Positions 28,134-37,016 of a stretch of DNA of 49,165 nt are shown in pieces (the stretch's first letter is position 1; each line of letters begins with the position of its first letter). The position numbers were made by a program, and so were the translations under genes. Under the pieces are notes generated by a model that saw only the letters and a program-made list of their open reading frames with translations, ran no database searches and had not been told where the DNA came from. Source of the stretch: an uncultured Eubacteriales bacterium (GTDB taxonomy: Bacteria > Bacillota > Clostridia > Oscillospirales > Acutalibacteraceae); assembly GCA_964495345.1 (NCBI GenBank), contig CAZBVV010000002.1:1-49165 (forward strand), in the 5' to 3' direction.

Positions 28134-28996
28134 TGGATGTTCTCGAAATTAAGAATTTATCATATAAATATTCCGTCGGCACTCCTTTTCAGGTGACAGC
28201 CATTGAAAACATTAATCTCTCTGTCAAAAAAGGCGAAATGCTTGCAATCATCGGTCATACAGGGTCGGGCAAATCAACGCTTATTCAGCATTTTAATGCT
28301 CTTTTTAAGCCTACCGACGGGCAGATTCTGCTTAATGGCAAGGATATAAACGAAAGCAAGGAATCGGCTCATGCAGCAAGATTCAAAGTCGGACTTTGCT
28401 TTCAGTATCCCGAATATCAGCTTTTTGAATCAACCGTATATAAAGATATCGCTTTCGGACCGTCAAATATGGGACTATCCGATGATGAGATTGACAAGCG
28501 TGTCAGACGTGCCGCCGCATTTACGGGCATAAGGGAAGATATGCTCGATAAATCTCCCTTTGACTTGTCGGGCGGTGAAAAAAGACGAGTTGCCATAGCA
28601 GGCGTTATGGCTATGGAGCCTGAAGTTCTTATTATGGACGAACCTGCCGCAGGACTTGACCCCAGAGGCAGAAGGCAGATTCTTGATTTGATTCGGAATT
28701 ACCGCAAAAACACGGGCAGTACGGTTATTATCGTTTCTCACTCAATGGAAGATGTGGCATCCGTTGCCGACAGAATAGTTGTTCTTAATAAAGGTAAAAT
28801 CGCACTTGTCGGAAGCGTTGACGAGGTATTCTCCCACGCAGACGAGCTTGTGGAAATGGGACTTAATATTCCCCAGATAACAAGGATTTTTTCGTCTCTC
28901 CGAAAGAACGGATACAATCTCAATACGTCTGTTTATACTGTTGAACAGGCAAAAAATGAGATTTTGCGTTATCTTCAAAAAGGAGGTAATGCTTAA
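28133..28996 (+). CDS. ecfA2: ECF transporter energy-coupling ATPase
   Basis: Walker A GHTGSGKST, signature LSGGEKRR, Walker B IMDEPAAGLD. TAATG overlap with ecfA1. Confidence 0.88.
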   Translation: MDVLEIKNLSYKYSVGTPFQVTAIENINLSVKKGEMLAIIGHTGSGKSTLIQHFNALFKPTDGQILLNGKDINESKESAHAARFKVGLCFQYPEYQLFESTVYKDIAFGPSNMGLSDDEIDKRVRRAAAFTGIREDMLDKSPFDLSGGEKRRVAIAGVMAMEPEVLIMDEPAAGLDPRGRRQILDLIRNYRKNTGSTVIIVSHSMEDVASVADRIVVLNKGKIALVGSVDEVFSHADELVEMGLNIPQITRIFSSLRKNGYNLNTSVYTVEQAKNEILRYLQKGGNA

Positions 28997-29809
28997 ATGA
29001 TTAAAGATATTACGATAGGTCAGTATTTCCCGGGTGACTCTTTTATCCACAAGCTTGACCCCAGATTCAAACTTGTTATAACCGTTTTTGCACTTGTGGA
29101 AATATTCCTTTGCAAAAACTTTTTATCATTGGGACTTGTTTTTCTGTTTTCAATTTTTTGTGTGCTGATGTCAAAAATATCATTTAAGGTTATAATGAAA
29201 GGCCTTAAAATGATATATATACTTATATTCTTTACGTCTGCATTACAGATTTTTTACAATAAAACGGGCACTCCCATTGAGCTTTTCGGCGGTAAAATCA
29301 CAACAGGCGGTATTTTTACTGCAATATTCATGGCTGTAAGAATAATATCGCTTATTTTTATAAGTTCACTTCTTACCTACACAACGTCGCCGACGGCACT
29401 TACGGACGGTCTTGAAAGATTACTCTCACCCCTTAAAAAGCTTCATGTTCCCGTAGATACACTTGCCATGATGATGACTATTGCTTTGCGATTTATTCCC
29501 ACGCTTATTGAGGAAATTTACAAAATTATGAATGCTCAGAAGGCAAGAGGAGCTGACCTTGAAAACGGAAACATCGTAAAGCGTGCAAAGGCTCTCGTGC
29601 CCATATTCATTCCTCTGTTTGTTAATTCATTCAGGAGAGCATACGAGCTTGCATTTGCTATGGAGTGCCGTTGCTACAACGGAAGCGGACGCAGAACACG
29701 AATGAAAAAAATGCGTATGTCATGGCGTGACGGCGTTGCAACAGCTTTTGTGTTGCTTCTGCTTGCAGGTATAATACTGCTCAATTACTTTTTCGGAGCT
29801 GTTATTTAA
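28997..29809 (+). CDS. ecfT: ECF transporter transmembrane (T) component
   Basis: 270 aa, polytopic, with the CbiQ/EcfT family ARG motifs (KARGADL, RRAYELAFAMECR). Confidence 0.88.
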   Translation: MIKDITIGQYFPGDSFIHKLDPRFKLVITVFALVEIFLCKNFLSLGLVFLFSIFCVLMSKISFKVIMKGLKMIYILIFFTSALQIFYNKTGTPIELFGGKITTGGIFTAIFMAVRIISLIFISSLLTYTTSPTALTDGLERLLSPLKKLHVPVDTLAMMMTIALRFIPTLIEEIYKIMNAQKARGADLENGNIVKRAKALVPIFIPLFVNSFRRAYELAFAMECRCYNGSGRRTRMKKMRMSWRDGVATAFVLLLLAGIILLNYFFGAVI

Positions 29810-30543
29810 TGCGAAATCTTAAATTAAAGCTTATGTATAACGGTAGTGCATATCACGGCTGGCAGGTGCAGGCAAATGCAGATACCGTGCAGGGCAGAGT
29901 TGAGAAGGCAATAGAGTCTGTTTTCGGCTCACATCATACCCTTTACGGTTGCAGTCGGACAGATGCGGGTGTTCATGCAAATGAATATTTTTGCAATTTC
30001 CGCACAGAAAAGAATATTCCCTGTGAAAGTGTTGTAAAAGCACTTAATGCAAATCTTCCCGAAGATATAGCGGTTGTTGACTGCCTCGAAGCTGAAGATG
30101 ATTTTCATGCAAGATTTAACTGTAAATCAAAAAGGTATGTTTATAAAATATGGAATACTCAGGTGAAAAATCCCTTTCTTACCCATACTGCATATCATTA
30201 TAAGTACAGACTTGATGATAAAATTCTTGATGAAGCCGCAAAAAGCTTTATCGGTACATATGATTTTTCGTCCTTTTGCTCTGCGGGAAGCAGTGTTGAG
30301 GATACTGTTCGCACGGTAACGGATGCATCAGTTACAAGAGATGGCGATATTGTTACGTTTTCGGTTGAAGCGGACGGATTTCTTTATAATATGGTGCGTA
30401 TAATGGTGGGCACGCTTATAAACATTAACGAAGGTAAAATTAATAAAAACGGTATAAAAGATATAATTGCATCCGAAAACAGGTTGAATGCAGGTGTTAC
30501 TGCACCGCCGCAAGGCTTATTTCTGGATAAAGTATATTATTGA
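29809..30543 (+). CDS. truA: tRNA pseudouridine(38-40) synthase
   Basis: 244 aa with YNGSAYHGWQVQ and the catalytic GCSRTDAGVHA motif. TAATG overlap with ecfT. Confidence 0.9.
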   Translation: MRNLKLKLMYNGSAYHGWQVQANADTVQGRVEKAIESVFGSHHTLYGCSRTDAGVHANEYFCNFRTEKNIPCESVVKALNANLPEDIAVVDCLEAEDDFHARFNCKSKRYVYKIWNTQVKNPFLTHTAYHYKYRLDDKILDEAAKSFIGTYDFSSFCSAGSSVEDTVRTVTDASVTRDGDIVTFSVEADGFLYNMVRIMVGTLININEGKINKNGIKDIIASENRLNAGVTAPPQGLFLDKVYY

Positions 30544-30554
30544 GGTAGATAAAA

Positions 30555-31910
30555 TTGCGTAGAATTAATGATGAAAGACAAGATATCGTCACTTATGATG
30601 ACGGTATAACACGAATTTATCCCGACAAAGAGAATGATAAAAAACAAAAAAAGCCAAATAAGAAAAAGAGCAGAATAAACAAAAATAAAGCACCTTTTTC
30701 AAACAGTATTCTTATTCTTATTGTCGTTGCAATTCTTTTGCTCGTTTATATTGTAACGAGTGCAAGCAGCGGAGGATTCGTTTCCACCGTCAACGGAAAA
30801 ATGGTAGCCGCACTTACAAAAAGTTCAACACAGGACTTTGATTATTCCGTTAATGCAGATACCGTTTCAGCCTTTTCAGCTTATAATAACGGCTTTGTCA
30901 TTCTTACGGAAGACGGCATAGAGTTTGTCGGTTCAGACGGCAGTATGATATCACGCCAACAGTATTCATACGGAAGCCCTATGCTGGTTCAGCGAGAAAA
31001 CAGGTTTATGGTATACAATTTGGGCGATTCATCATATTCACTAATGAAGAATACGTCTCTTTATTCACAGCAATCGGTTAATGATGATATTATCAATGCC
31101 GCAATCAGCAGTAAAAATAACTATGTTATTGTCGTGAGAAACGGTGACAGTGCAAAAAGTATTTTGTACGGATTTAACGGCAACGGCAAGCTGATTTATC
31201 AATGGAACTGTTCCGTAGGATATATCTCGGATGTTGTCATGAATGATTCAGGCTCAAAAGCCGTTGTAACGGTTGTTAATTCCGTTAATGCCGTTCTTTG
31301 TTCAACCGTTTACATACTCGATTTTGAATACGATACGGAATATGCAAAATTTGAGTATACCGACGAAATGGTTATCGGCACAAAATTTCTTTCAAATAAA
31401 AAAATACAAGTCGTTACGGACAAAAAAGTGTACCTTATATCATCAAAAAAACAAGATACCGTTTATGAATACGGCTCAGCTGACATTTACTATACAAATA
31501 TTGCCGAAGGAAAATATACGGCAGTTGTAACAAAGTCATACACACTTGATGACAGTTATATACTCAGCATTTTCAATAAATTCGGCAAATTAAAAGCAAG
31601 CGTTGAGCTTTCGGGTGAGGTTTGCGGTCTTGATTCATCATCAAAGAGTATTGCCGTGCTTTTTAAAGACAAAACGGAAACCTATTCTTCAAACGGTAAG
31701 CTTGTGGGGTCAACGACGGGCTTGCATCTTAGTGACGATATCGTTATAAACGGCAACTATCTTTACGTATTATCTTCGGATTCGGTGAAAAAGTATACGG
31801 CATACGGCAATTATGAGGCGGTATACGATTACGGTAACGATGAAGACGGTGAAGAAGACGTATACTACAATGAAGATTATGCGGAAAATGCGGAAGGTGA
31901 AACATTGTAA
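30555..31910 (+). CDS. Single-pass membrane protein of unknown function with a beta-rich ectodomain (reminiscent of DUF5711-type proteins; recalled from memory, unverified)
   Basis: 451 aa with a TTG start after GAGGT. A polybasic cytoplasmic head (KKQKKPNKKKSRINKNK) is followed by one TM helix and about 350 aa of repetitive beta-strand-like sequence. The tail is acidic (DEDGEEDVYYNEDYAENAEGE). Confidence 0.65.
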   Translation: MRRINDERQDIVTYDDGITRIYPDKENDKKQKKPNKKKSRINKNKAPFSNSILILIVVAILLLVYIVTSASSGGFVSTVNGKMVAALTKSSTQDFDYSVNADTVSAFSAYNNGFVILTEDGIEFVGSDGSMISRQQYSYGSPMLVQRENRFMVYNLGDSSYSLMKNTSLYSQQSVNDDIINAAISSKNNYVIVVRNGDSAKSILYGFNGNGKLIYQWNCSVGYISDVVMNDSGSKAVVTVVNSVNAVLCSTVYILDFEYDTEYAKFEYTDEMVIGTKFLSNKKIQVVTDKKVYLISSKKQDTVYEYGSADIYYTNIAEGKYTAVVTKSYTLDDSYILSIFNKFGKLKASVELSGEVCGLDSSSKSIAVLFKDKTETYSSNGKLVGSTTGLHLSDDIVINGNYLYVLSSDSVKKYTAYGNYEAVYDYGNDEDGEEDVYYNEDYAENAEGETL

Positions 31911-31971
31911 TTTTTGATGAAAGGAGATATAATTCCGGCTGTTTTCGGACGGTTGAATTATATATATTATT

Positions 31972-32652
31972 ATGAATTATCTGATAGATTTAATTTTAGT
32001 CGGAATCGTTCTGCTTGTTGTTTTTCTCGGCACGAAAAAAGGTTTTGTTGTAACGGTATGCGATCTGGTTGCAGGAATTTTAGCTGTCGCAGCGGCAAAA
32101 TTTGCATCAACAGGCGTTGCAGATTTCATTTATAGCAATATGTTAAAAGAGACTGTTACCGCTTTTTTAACAGAGAAATATGCTCATTTGCAATCGGGGC
32201 TTGCAGGTGCAATAGACAATGCTGTTTCTGCCTTTGATTTTCTTCCCGACGGCATTCTTGCTTTTTTGCAGTCATCAGGATTTTTGGATTCCAACGCCTT
32301 GTCGGCAGAAATTCTCGGCAGTATAACTACTGTTGAACAGCTTGAATCTCAAATTGTTTCACCTGTGCTTTTGTCAGTTCTCGGAATGATTTGTTTTGCG
32401 ATTCTTTCTGTAATTTTTGTTTTCGTTTTCAGAATCGTGGGCAGACTCATTTCAAAGATTATCCGAATTACAAAAATCGGTGAAAAGCTCGATTCAATCC
32501 TCGGCGGTGTTTGCGGCTTGATTAAAGGCTGTCTTTACGCAGTTGTTATTGCGGCTGTTATTTGTGTAGTTTCATTTTCAAATGAAACCCTCGCTTCGTA
32601 TGCGGCGGATTCATATATTTGCTCTTTTATTGCAGAGCTGATAGGATTTTAA
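31972..32652 (+). CDS. cvpA: CvpA-family membrane protein
   Basis: 226 aa. The N-terminal MNYLIDLILVGIVLLVVFLGTKKGF pattern and several TM helices are typical of colicin V production protein homologues. No Shine-Dalgarno lies near the ATG. Confidence 0.7.
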   Translation: MNYLIDLILVGIVLLVVFLGTKKGFVVTVCDLVAGILAVAAAKFASTGVADFIYSNMLKETVTAFLTEKYAHLQSGLAGAIDNAVSAFDFLPDGILAFLQSSGFLDSNALSAEILGSITTVEQLESQIVSPVLLSVLGMICFAILSVIFVFVFRIVGRLISKIIRITKIGEKLDSILGGVCGLIKGCLYAVVIAAVICVVSFSNETLASYAADSYICSFIAELIGF

Positions 32653-32674
32653 TTAAAAACGGAGGGTATTTACC

Positions 32675-33316
32675 GTGAAAGAAAAATTATCATTTTTGTT
32701 TGAAAATTGGAAAACAATTCCCAATTTGCTGTCGTTTATCAGGATTCTTCTTATTCCCGTGTTCGCCGTACTTTTTTATAACGGACACAATATTGCGGCT
32801 GTTGCTGTGCTGGCAATATCCGGCTTTTCTGACCTTTTCGACGGCAAAATTGCCAGAAAATTCAATCAGGTAAGTAATCTTGGCAAAATTCTTGACCCTA
32901 TTGCAGACAAACTTACTGTTTTTGCTATTGCAATAATACTTTTCCTCAAATTCTTCAGTGCGGAAAATGCTGCTTTACATTCATTTTCGTGGGTATTTCT
33001 GCTTTTCCTTGTCAAGGATATTCTTATGCTCGTTGTGGGCGGAATAATGATTGCCCTTGGTATGCGTCCCTGTGCCGCAGAGATTTACGGTAAACTTGCA
33101 ACAGTTGCATTTTATGTGGTAATGGTTGCAATAATGGCAGTAGGCCCTGAGGTTGGTGCATTCAGAAATATTTACACCTTGCCCGATACAGCCATGATGG
33201 TTCTTGTTGTAATTACCGTTATTATGACTTTCGTGGCATTCGTAAGCTATATTCCCGATGTTATAAGGCAGTTTTCCGAGCGTTACGGTTGGGGTAAATA
33301 TAAAACTAAAAAATAA
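32675..33316 (+). CDS. pgsA: CDP-alcohol phosphatidyltransferase, PgsA-like (phosphatidylglycerophosphate synthase)
   Basis: 213 aa with the complete motif DLFDGKIARKFNQVSNLGKILDPIADK (DxxDGxxARx8Gx3Dx3D). GTG start after GGAGGG. Confidence 0.72.
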   Translation: MKEKLSFLFENWKTIPNLLSFIRILLIPVFAVLFYNGHNIAAVAVLAISGFSDLFDGKIARKFNQVSNLGKILDPIADKLTVFAIAIILFLKFFSAENAALHSFSWVFLLFLVKDILMLVVGGIMIALGMRPCAAEIYGKLATVAFYVVMVAIMAVGPEVGAFRNIYTLPDTAMMVLVVITVIMTFVAFVSYIPDVIRQFSERYGWGKYKTKK

Positions 33317-33332
33317 CAGATTTGTAATAAAC

Positions 33333-33361
33333 TTGTTTTTATAAAATTCCTATGCTAAAAT
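33333..33361 (+). promoter_or_regulatory. Candidate extended -10 promoter (TTGTTT-17-TGcTAAAAT) for the DUF2156-GNAT gene
   Basis: -35 TTGTTT at 33333-33338, TGC at 33353-33355, -10 TAAAAT at 33356-33361. Confidence 0.4.
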
Positions 33362-33382
33362 GTTGAAAGGATATCTTTTTCC

Positions 33383-35119
33383 ATGGTTGAATTCAGAAAA
33401 GCCTCAATAACAGATAAAAAAACGGTAGACTCCTATGTTCTTGAGGGTAGTACAGACGGCAGCGTATACAGCTTTGGCAGTTTGTTTTGCTGGGGTAGTT
33501 CGTATGATATTGAAATTGCTGAATACGGCGGCTTTCTTTTAATTCGCGGTAAAGATTCTTTCGGCAGATATTATGCTTATCCGTCGGGAAAAGGTGATAT
33601 TAAGGCAGTTATTGAAAAAATTGCCGACCTTTGTGCTCAGGAGGGTTCGGAACTCAGATTCGTTCAGCTCTTATCTCAGAATAAGACGGAACTTGAAGAG
33701 ATATTTCCCGATACTTTTGATTTTTCTTACAACAGGGATGCAAGCGAGTATGTCTATTCAGTTGAGAATATGGCAAATCTTCCGGGCAAAAAATTCCACG
33801 GTAAAAAAGGTCATGTAAATGCGTTTTTCAGAAATCACGAGGATATTTCCTGTGACCCTATTACAAAAGATAACATAAATGAGTGTATTTCTATTGCAAA
33901 GGCGTGGTTGTCATCAAGAGATGAGAGTGATGAACTGTACGCCGAATTTGCATCTATTGAAAAAGCCGTTAAATATTACGGTGAACTTGAATACATCGGA
34001 GCAATTCTTTACGCTGACGGCAAAGCAGTTGCATTTACAATGGGTGAAAAGTTAAAAAATAACACATTTTGCACTCATTTTGAAAAAACCTTGCCCGATT
34101 ACCGTGATGCCTATCCCGTTATAAATAACGGATTCACAAAGCTTATGCTCACATCATACCTCTATGTAAACAGGGAAGAGGATACGGGGGCCGACGGGTT
34201 AAGAAAAGCAAAGCTTTCATATTATCCCGAATTTATGGTGGACAAGTATTCTGCCGTAATGAAAAATGACCCTTTCAGAAAATTCAAGGCAGATGCTACT
34301 GATATCCCTCAACTGCAACAGTTGTGGCAGACCGTATTCGGTGACGGCAAAAAGATTACGGATTTCTTTTTCACACATACTGCCGATATCAACAATGCCT
34401 ACGTTTACAAGGTTGACGGTAAATGCGTTTCCGCTTTTTATCTTATTGATGCTCCCATAAAAGAAGGTCGGGAAACAAAAAAAGCCATGTATCTGTATGC
34501 CGCCGCAACACTTGACGAATACCGCAAGCAAGGCATAATGGGTAATATGATAAATTACGCAATAAACAGGCTTAAAGACTCGGGATACGATTATCTTTAT
34601 CTGTACCCGGCAAACGAAAATCTGTATTCATATTATGCAAAATTCGGATTCAAACCTGCTTTTTCATACGGAGTATATCATATAAATTCAAATGAACTTG
34701 AAGAATATAAAAATGCAAGGTATTTCAATACTGCTCTTTCTTATCCCGAAATGAGAGAGTACATTACAGCAGAAAATTACGCATCATTCGGAGCTGATTT
34801 TCTTGATTTTGCATCCCTTTGTGCTAAAAATTACGGCATATTAAAAAGTGTTGTTTTTGACGATGAGGATAAGGTATTTATTATAGGAAGTATAGATGAT
34901 GAGGGCACGCTGACTGTTGACGAAGCCTTTTCATCCCAAGGGCAGACGGAGCATATACTGTCTGTGCTTGCCGATATGAATTATGATAAAATAAATCTCA
35001 AAGTACCTCACGATTTTAATATGTTGCCGTTCAGATTTGAAAAAGTCAACGGCGGTATGATACGCTTTCTTAACGAAAATAATGATAAGATTTATTATAT
35101 AGGTCAACCCTGTATGTAA
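33383..35119 (+). CDS. Two-module protein: DUF2156 (MprF C-terminal / LPG-synthase-C-like) domain fused to a GNAT acetyltransferase-like domain
   Basis: 578 aa with no TM helix. The N-terminal half resembles DUF2156 (FGSLFCWG..., EYVYSVENMANLPGKKFHGKKGHVNAFF, NREEDTGADGLRKAKLSYYP). The C-terminal half has a GNAT core (YRKQGIMGNMINYAINRLKDSGYDYLYLYPANENLYSYYAKFGFKP). Family assignment is by eye only. Confidence 0.6.
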   Translation: MVEFRKASITDKKTVDSYVLEGSTDGSVYSFGSLFCWGSSYDIEIAEYGGFLLIRGKDSFGRYYAYPSGKGDIKAVIEKIADLCAQEGSELRFVQLLSQNKTELEEIFPDTFDFSYNRDASEYVYSVENMANLPGKKFHGKKGHVNAFFRNHEDISCDPITKDNINECISIAKAWLSSRDESDELYAEFASIEKAVKYYGELEYIGAILYADGKAVAFTMGEKLKNNTFCTHFEKTLPDYRDAYPVINNGFTKLMLTSYLYVNREEDTGADGLRKAKLSYYPEFMVDKYSAVMKNDPFRKFKADATDIPQLQQLWQTVFGDGKKITDFFFTHTADINNAYVYKVDGKCVSAFYLIDAPIKEGRETKKAMYLYAAATLDEYRKQGIMGNMINYAINRLKDSGYDYLYLYPANENLYSYYAKFGFKPAFSYGVYHINSNELEEYKNARYFNTALSYPEMREYITAENYASFGADFLDFASLCAKNYGILKSVVFDDEDKVFIIGSIDDEGTLTVDEAFSSQGQTEHILSVLADMNYDKINLKVPHDFNMLPFRFEKVNGGMIRFLNENNDKIYYIGQPCM

Positions 35120-35132
35120 CGGAGGTTTATAT

Positions 35133-35675
35133 ATGGTTTATGTGTTTTTAGCTGACGGCTTTGAAGAAGTTGAAGCAATAACGCCTATTGACTATCTTCG
35201 CAGAGCCGATATTGACGTTGTAACAGTAGGTGTTACGGGTGCAAGCGTTACGGGTGCACATAACGTTACTTTAATGTGTGACGTAACTGAGGACGAAATT
35301 GACATCACGAAAGCACAGGGGATTGTTTTGCCGGGCGGAATGCCGGGAACGCTTAATCTTGAAAAATCTGAAATAGTGCAGGATGCAATAGATTATTGTG
35401 TGAAAAACAATCTTTTAATAAGTGCAATCTGTGCCGCACCGTCAATTTTAGGTCATAAAAATCTGCTTGAAAATAAAAATGCCGTGTGTTTTCCCGGTTT
35501 TGAATCGGAGCTTTACGGTGCAAAAATTGCCGACGGCTTTGCTGTAACAGATTCAAATATCATCACGGCTAAAGGTGCAGGGGCGGCAAGTGAATTTGCA
35601 TTTGAAATTATAAAATATCTTTGTAATGATGAGGTTGCCGCAAAAATCAAAGCAACCGTGCAAACTTGTTACTGA
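35133..35675 (+). CDS. DJ-1/PfpI (ThiJ) family protein
   Basis: 180 aa with the nucleophile elbow ISAICAAPSILG and VLPGGMPG. A GGAGG RBS precedes the start. Confidence 0.85.
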   Translation: MVYVFLADGFEEVEAITPIDYLRRADIDVVTVGVTGASVTGAHNVTLMCDVTEDEIDITKAQGIVLPGGMPGTLNLEKSEIVQDAIDYCVKNNLLISAICAAPSILGHKNLLENKNAVCFPGFESELYGAKIADGFAVTDSNIITAKGAGAASEFAFEIIKYLCNDEVAAKIKATVQTCY

Positions 35676-35695
35676 TAATCAGGAGGAGTGATAAA

Positions 35696-36952
35696 ATGGA
35701 AAATAATGATTCACGCGTCAGATACGTAAAAAAAGGTTCAAACAAAAATCAAGAAAAAACCGAAAAAAAATCCTCTTATTCAAGAAATACCCGTAATCAG
35801 CAAACAGACGTAACAACGTCAAAAAAATTTACAAACGGTATGACTCCCGAAATGATTGTTGCCGAAAAAAGAAAACAGGCAAAGAAAAGAATGATTTTGA
35901 AAAATGTCAAAAGTGTAGGCATCATTCTTGCAATAGTTATTGTAGTATCCGCAGGTATTGCGTGTGTCGGTGTTTCATGTATCAATGACCTGCTTGCAAT
36001 TCATATTTCCGATGAAGAAAAGATTTCCGTTGAAGTTGTTATTGAGGACGGAATGGACACAGGCGATGTTATTGATGTGCTTCATGATGCCGGTGCAATA
36101 AAAAATGCAATATTCTGCAAAATCGCCGCAAAATTCATTGGCTATTCCGACGAGGGGTACATAGCCAGAACATACGAATTTAACCGTTCAATGGGGCTTG
36201 AAAAAATGCTTGACGAAATAAAAGCAAAATCATCCTCCGTTGCACAGACGGTAACTCTCACATTCCCTGAGGGCTACACCGCAGACCAGATTATTGATAT
36301 GCTTGCAGAAAACAAGGTTTGCACAAGAGAAAAACTCCTTACTGCAATAAGCGAAACGGATTTTTCTGCTGATTTTGATTTCCTTGAAAATATTTCAAAC
36401 AAAAACAACCGCTATAATTGGCTTGAAGGTTATCTTTTCCCTGATACCTATGAGTTTTATATCGGTGAATCCGCAGTAAGCGTTATAAAAAAATTCCTTA
36501 ATAACTTTAATAACAAATGGACAGACGATTATTCAATTAAAGCTGAAGCGTTGGGTTACAGCGTTGATCAGGTTATAAGACTTGCATCAATAGTTGAAAA
36601 AGAAGCGTTAGGTTCGGATATGCCTGTTGTTGGTTCAATTCTTATCAACAGAATAAAAGCAAATATGCAGTTGGGCTGCGATTCAACAAGCAACTATATC
36701 AATCTTAACACATCAGGTCTTACAGAAGCACAAATTGCCGAATACGATTCGGTTTACAACACTTATAAATTTGCAGGTTTACCCGTGAGTGCAATATGTA
36801 ATCCGGGTATTGATGCAATCGAGGCTGTGCTTGACTCTCCGACTACCGGATATTATTATTTCCTGCACGATTCAAACAACGAACTGCGTGTTGCAAAAAC
36901 ATTGTCAGAGCATGAAAATAATGCTTTGAAATACGGTCTTGCAGGTCAATAA
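35696..36952 (+). CDS. mltG: Endolytic murein transglycosylase MltG (YceG-like)
   Basis: A basic N-terminus and a single TM helix are followed by a YceG domain (LASIVEKEA, GLPVSAICNPG). The ATG at 35696 follows AGGAGG. The ORF-track start at 35666 overlaps the DJ-1 gene end. Confidence 0.85.
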   Translation: MENNDSRVRYVKKGSNKNQEKTEKKSSYSRNTRNQQTDVTTSKKFTNGMTPEMIVAEKRKQAKKRMILKNVKSVGIILAIVIVVSAGIACVGVSCINDLLAIHISDEEKISVEVVIEDGMDTGDVIDVLHDAGAIKNAIFCKIAAKFIGYSDEGYIARTYEFNRSMGLEKMLDEIKAKSSSVAQTVTLTFPEGYTADQIIDMLAENKVCTREKLLTAISETDFSADFDFLENISNKNNRYNWLEGYLFPDTYEFYIGESAVSVIKKFLNNFNNKWTDDYSIKAEALGYSVDQVIRLASIVEKEALGSDMPVVGSILINRIKANMQLGCDSTSNYINLNTSGLTEAQIAEYDSVYNTYKFAGLPVSAICNPGIDAIEAVLDSPTTGYYYFLHDSNNELRVAKTLSEHENNALKYGLAGQ

Positions 36953-36955
36953 ATG

Positions 36956-36984
36956 TTGACAAATTATGCTAACGGTGTTATACT
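36956..36984 (+). promoter_or_regulatory. Near-consensus promoter TTGACA-17-TATACT with TGn extension
   Basis: -35 TTGACA at 36956-36961, TGT at 36976-36978, -10 TATACT at 36979-36984. It overlaps the start of the longest-ORF call at 36966. Confidence 0.6.
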
Positions 36985-37016
36985 GTATAAGTAAAATAAT
37001 AAATGTAGGTGAAAGT

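Noticed and set aside
31914-32135. A 73-aa Cys/Arg-rich ORF (MMKGDIIPAVFGRL...CCFSRHEKRFCCNG...) that overlaps the start of cvpA. A strong AAAGGAGA (31920-31927) lies inside it, 45 nt upstream of the SD-less cvpA ATG.
   Set aside because: The ORF is an out-of-frame reading of the hydrophobic CvpA N-terminus, which typically yields Cys/Arg/Phe-rich artefacts. The SD-like sequence lies downstream of the ORF's own start codons, and only ATA/ATT codons follow it at a usable distance. The orphan SD remains unexplained, but I cannot support a gene.
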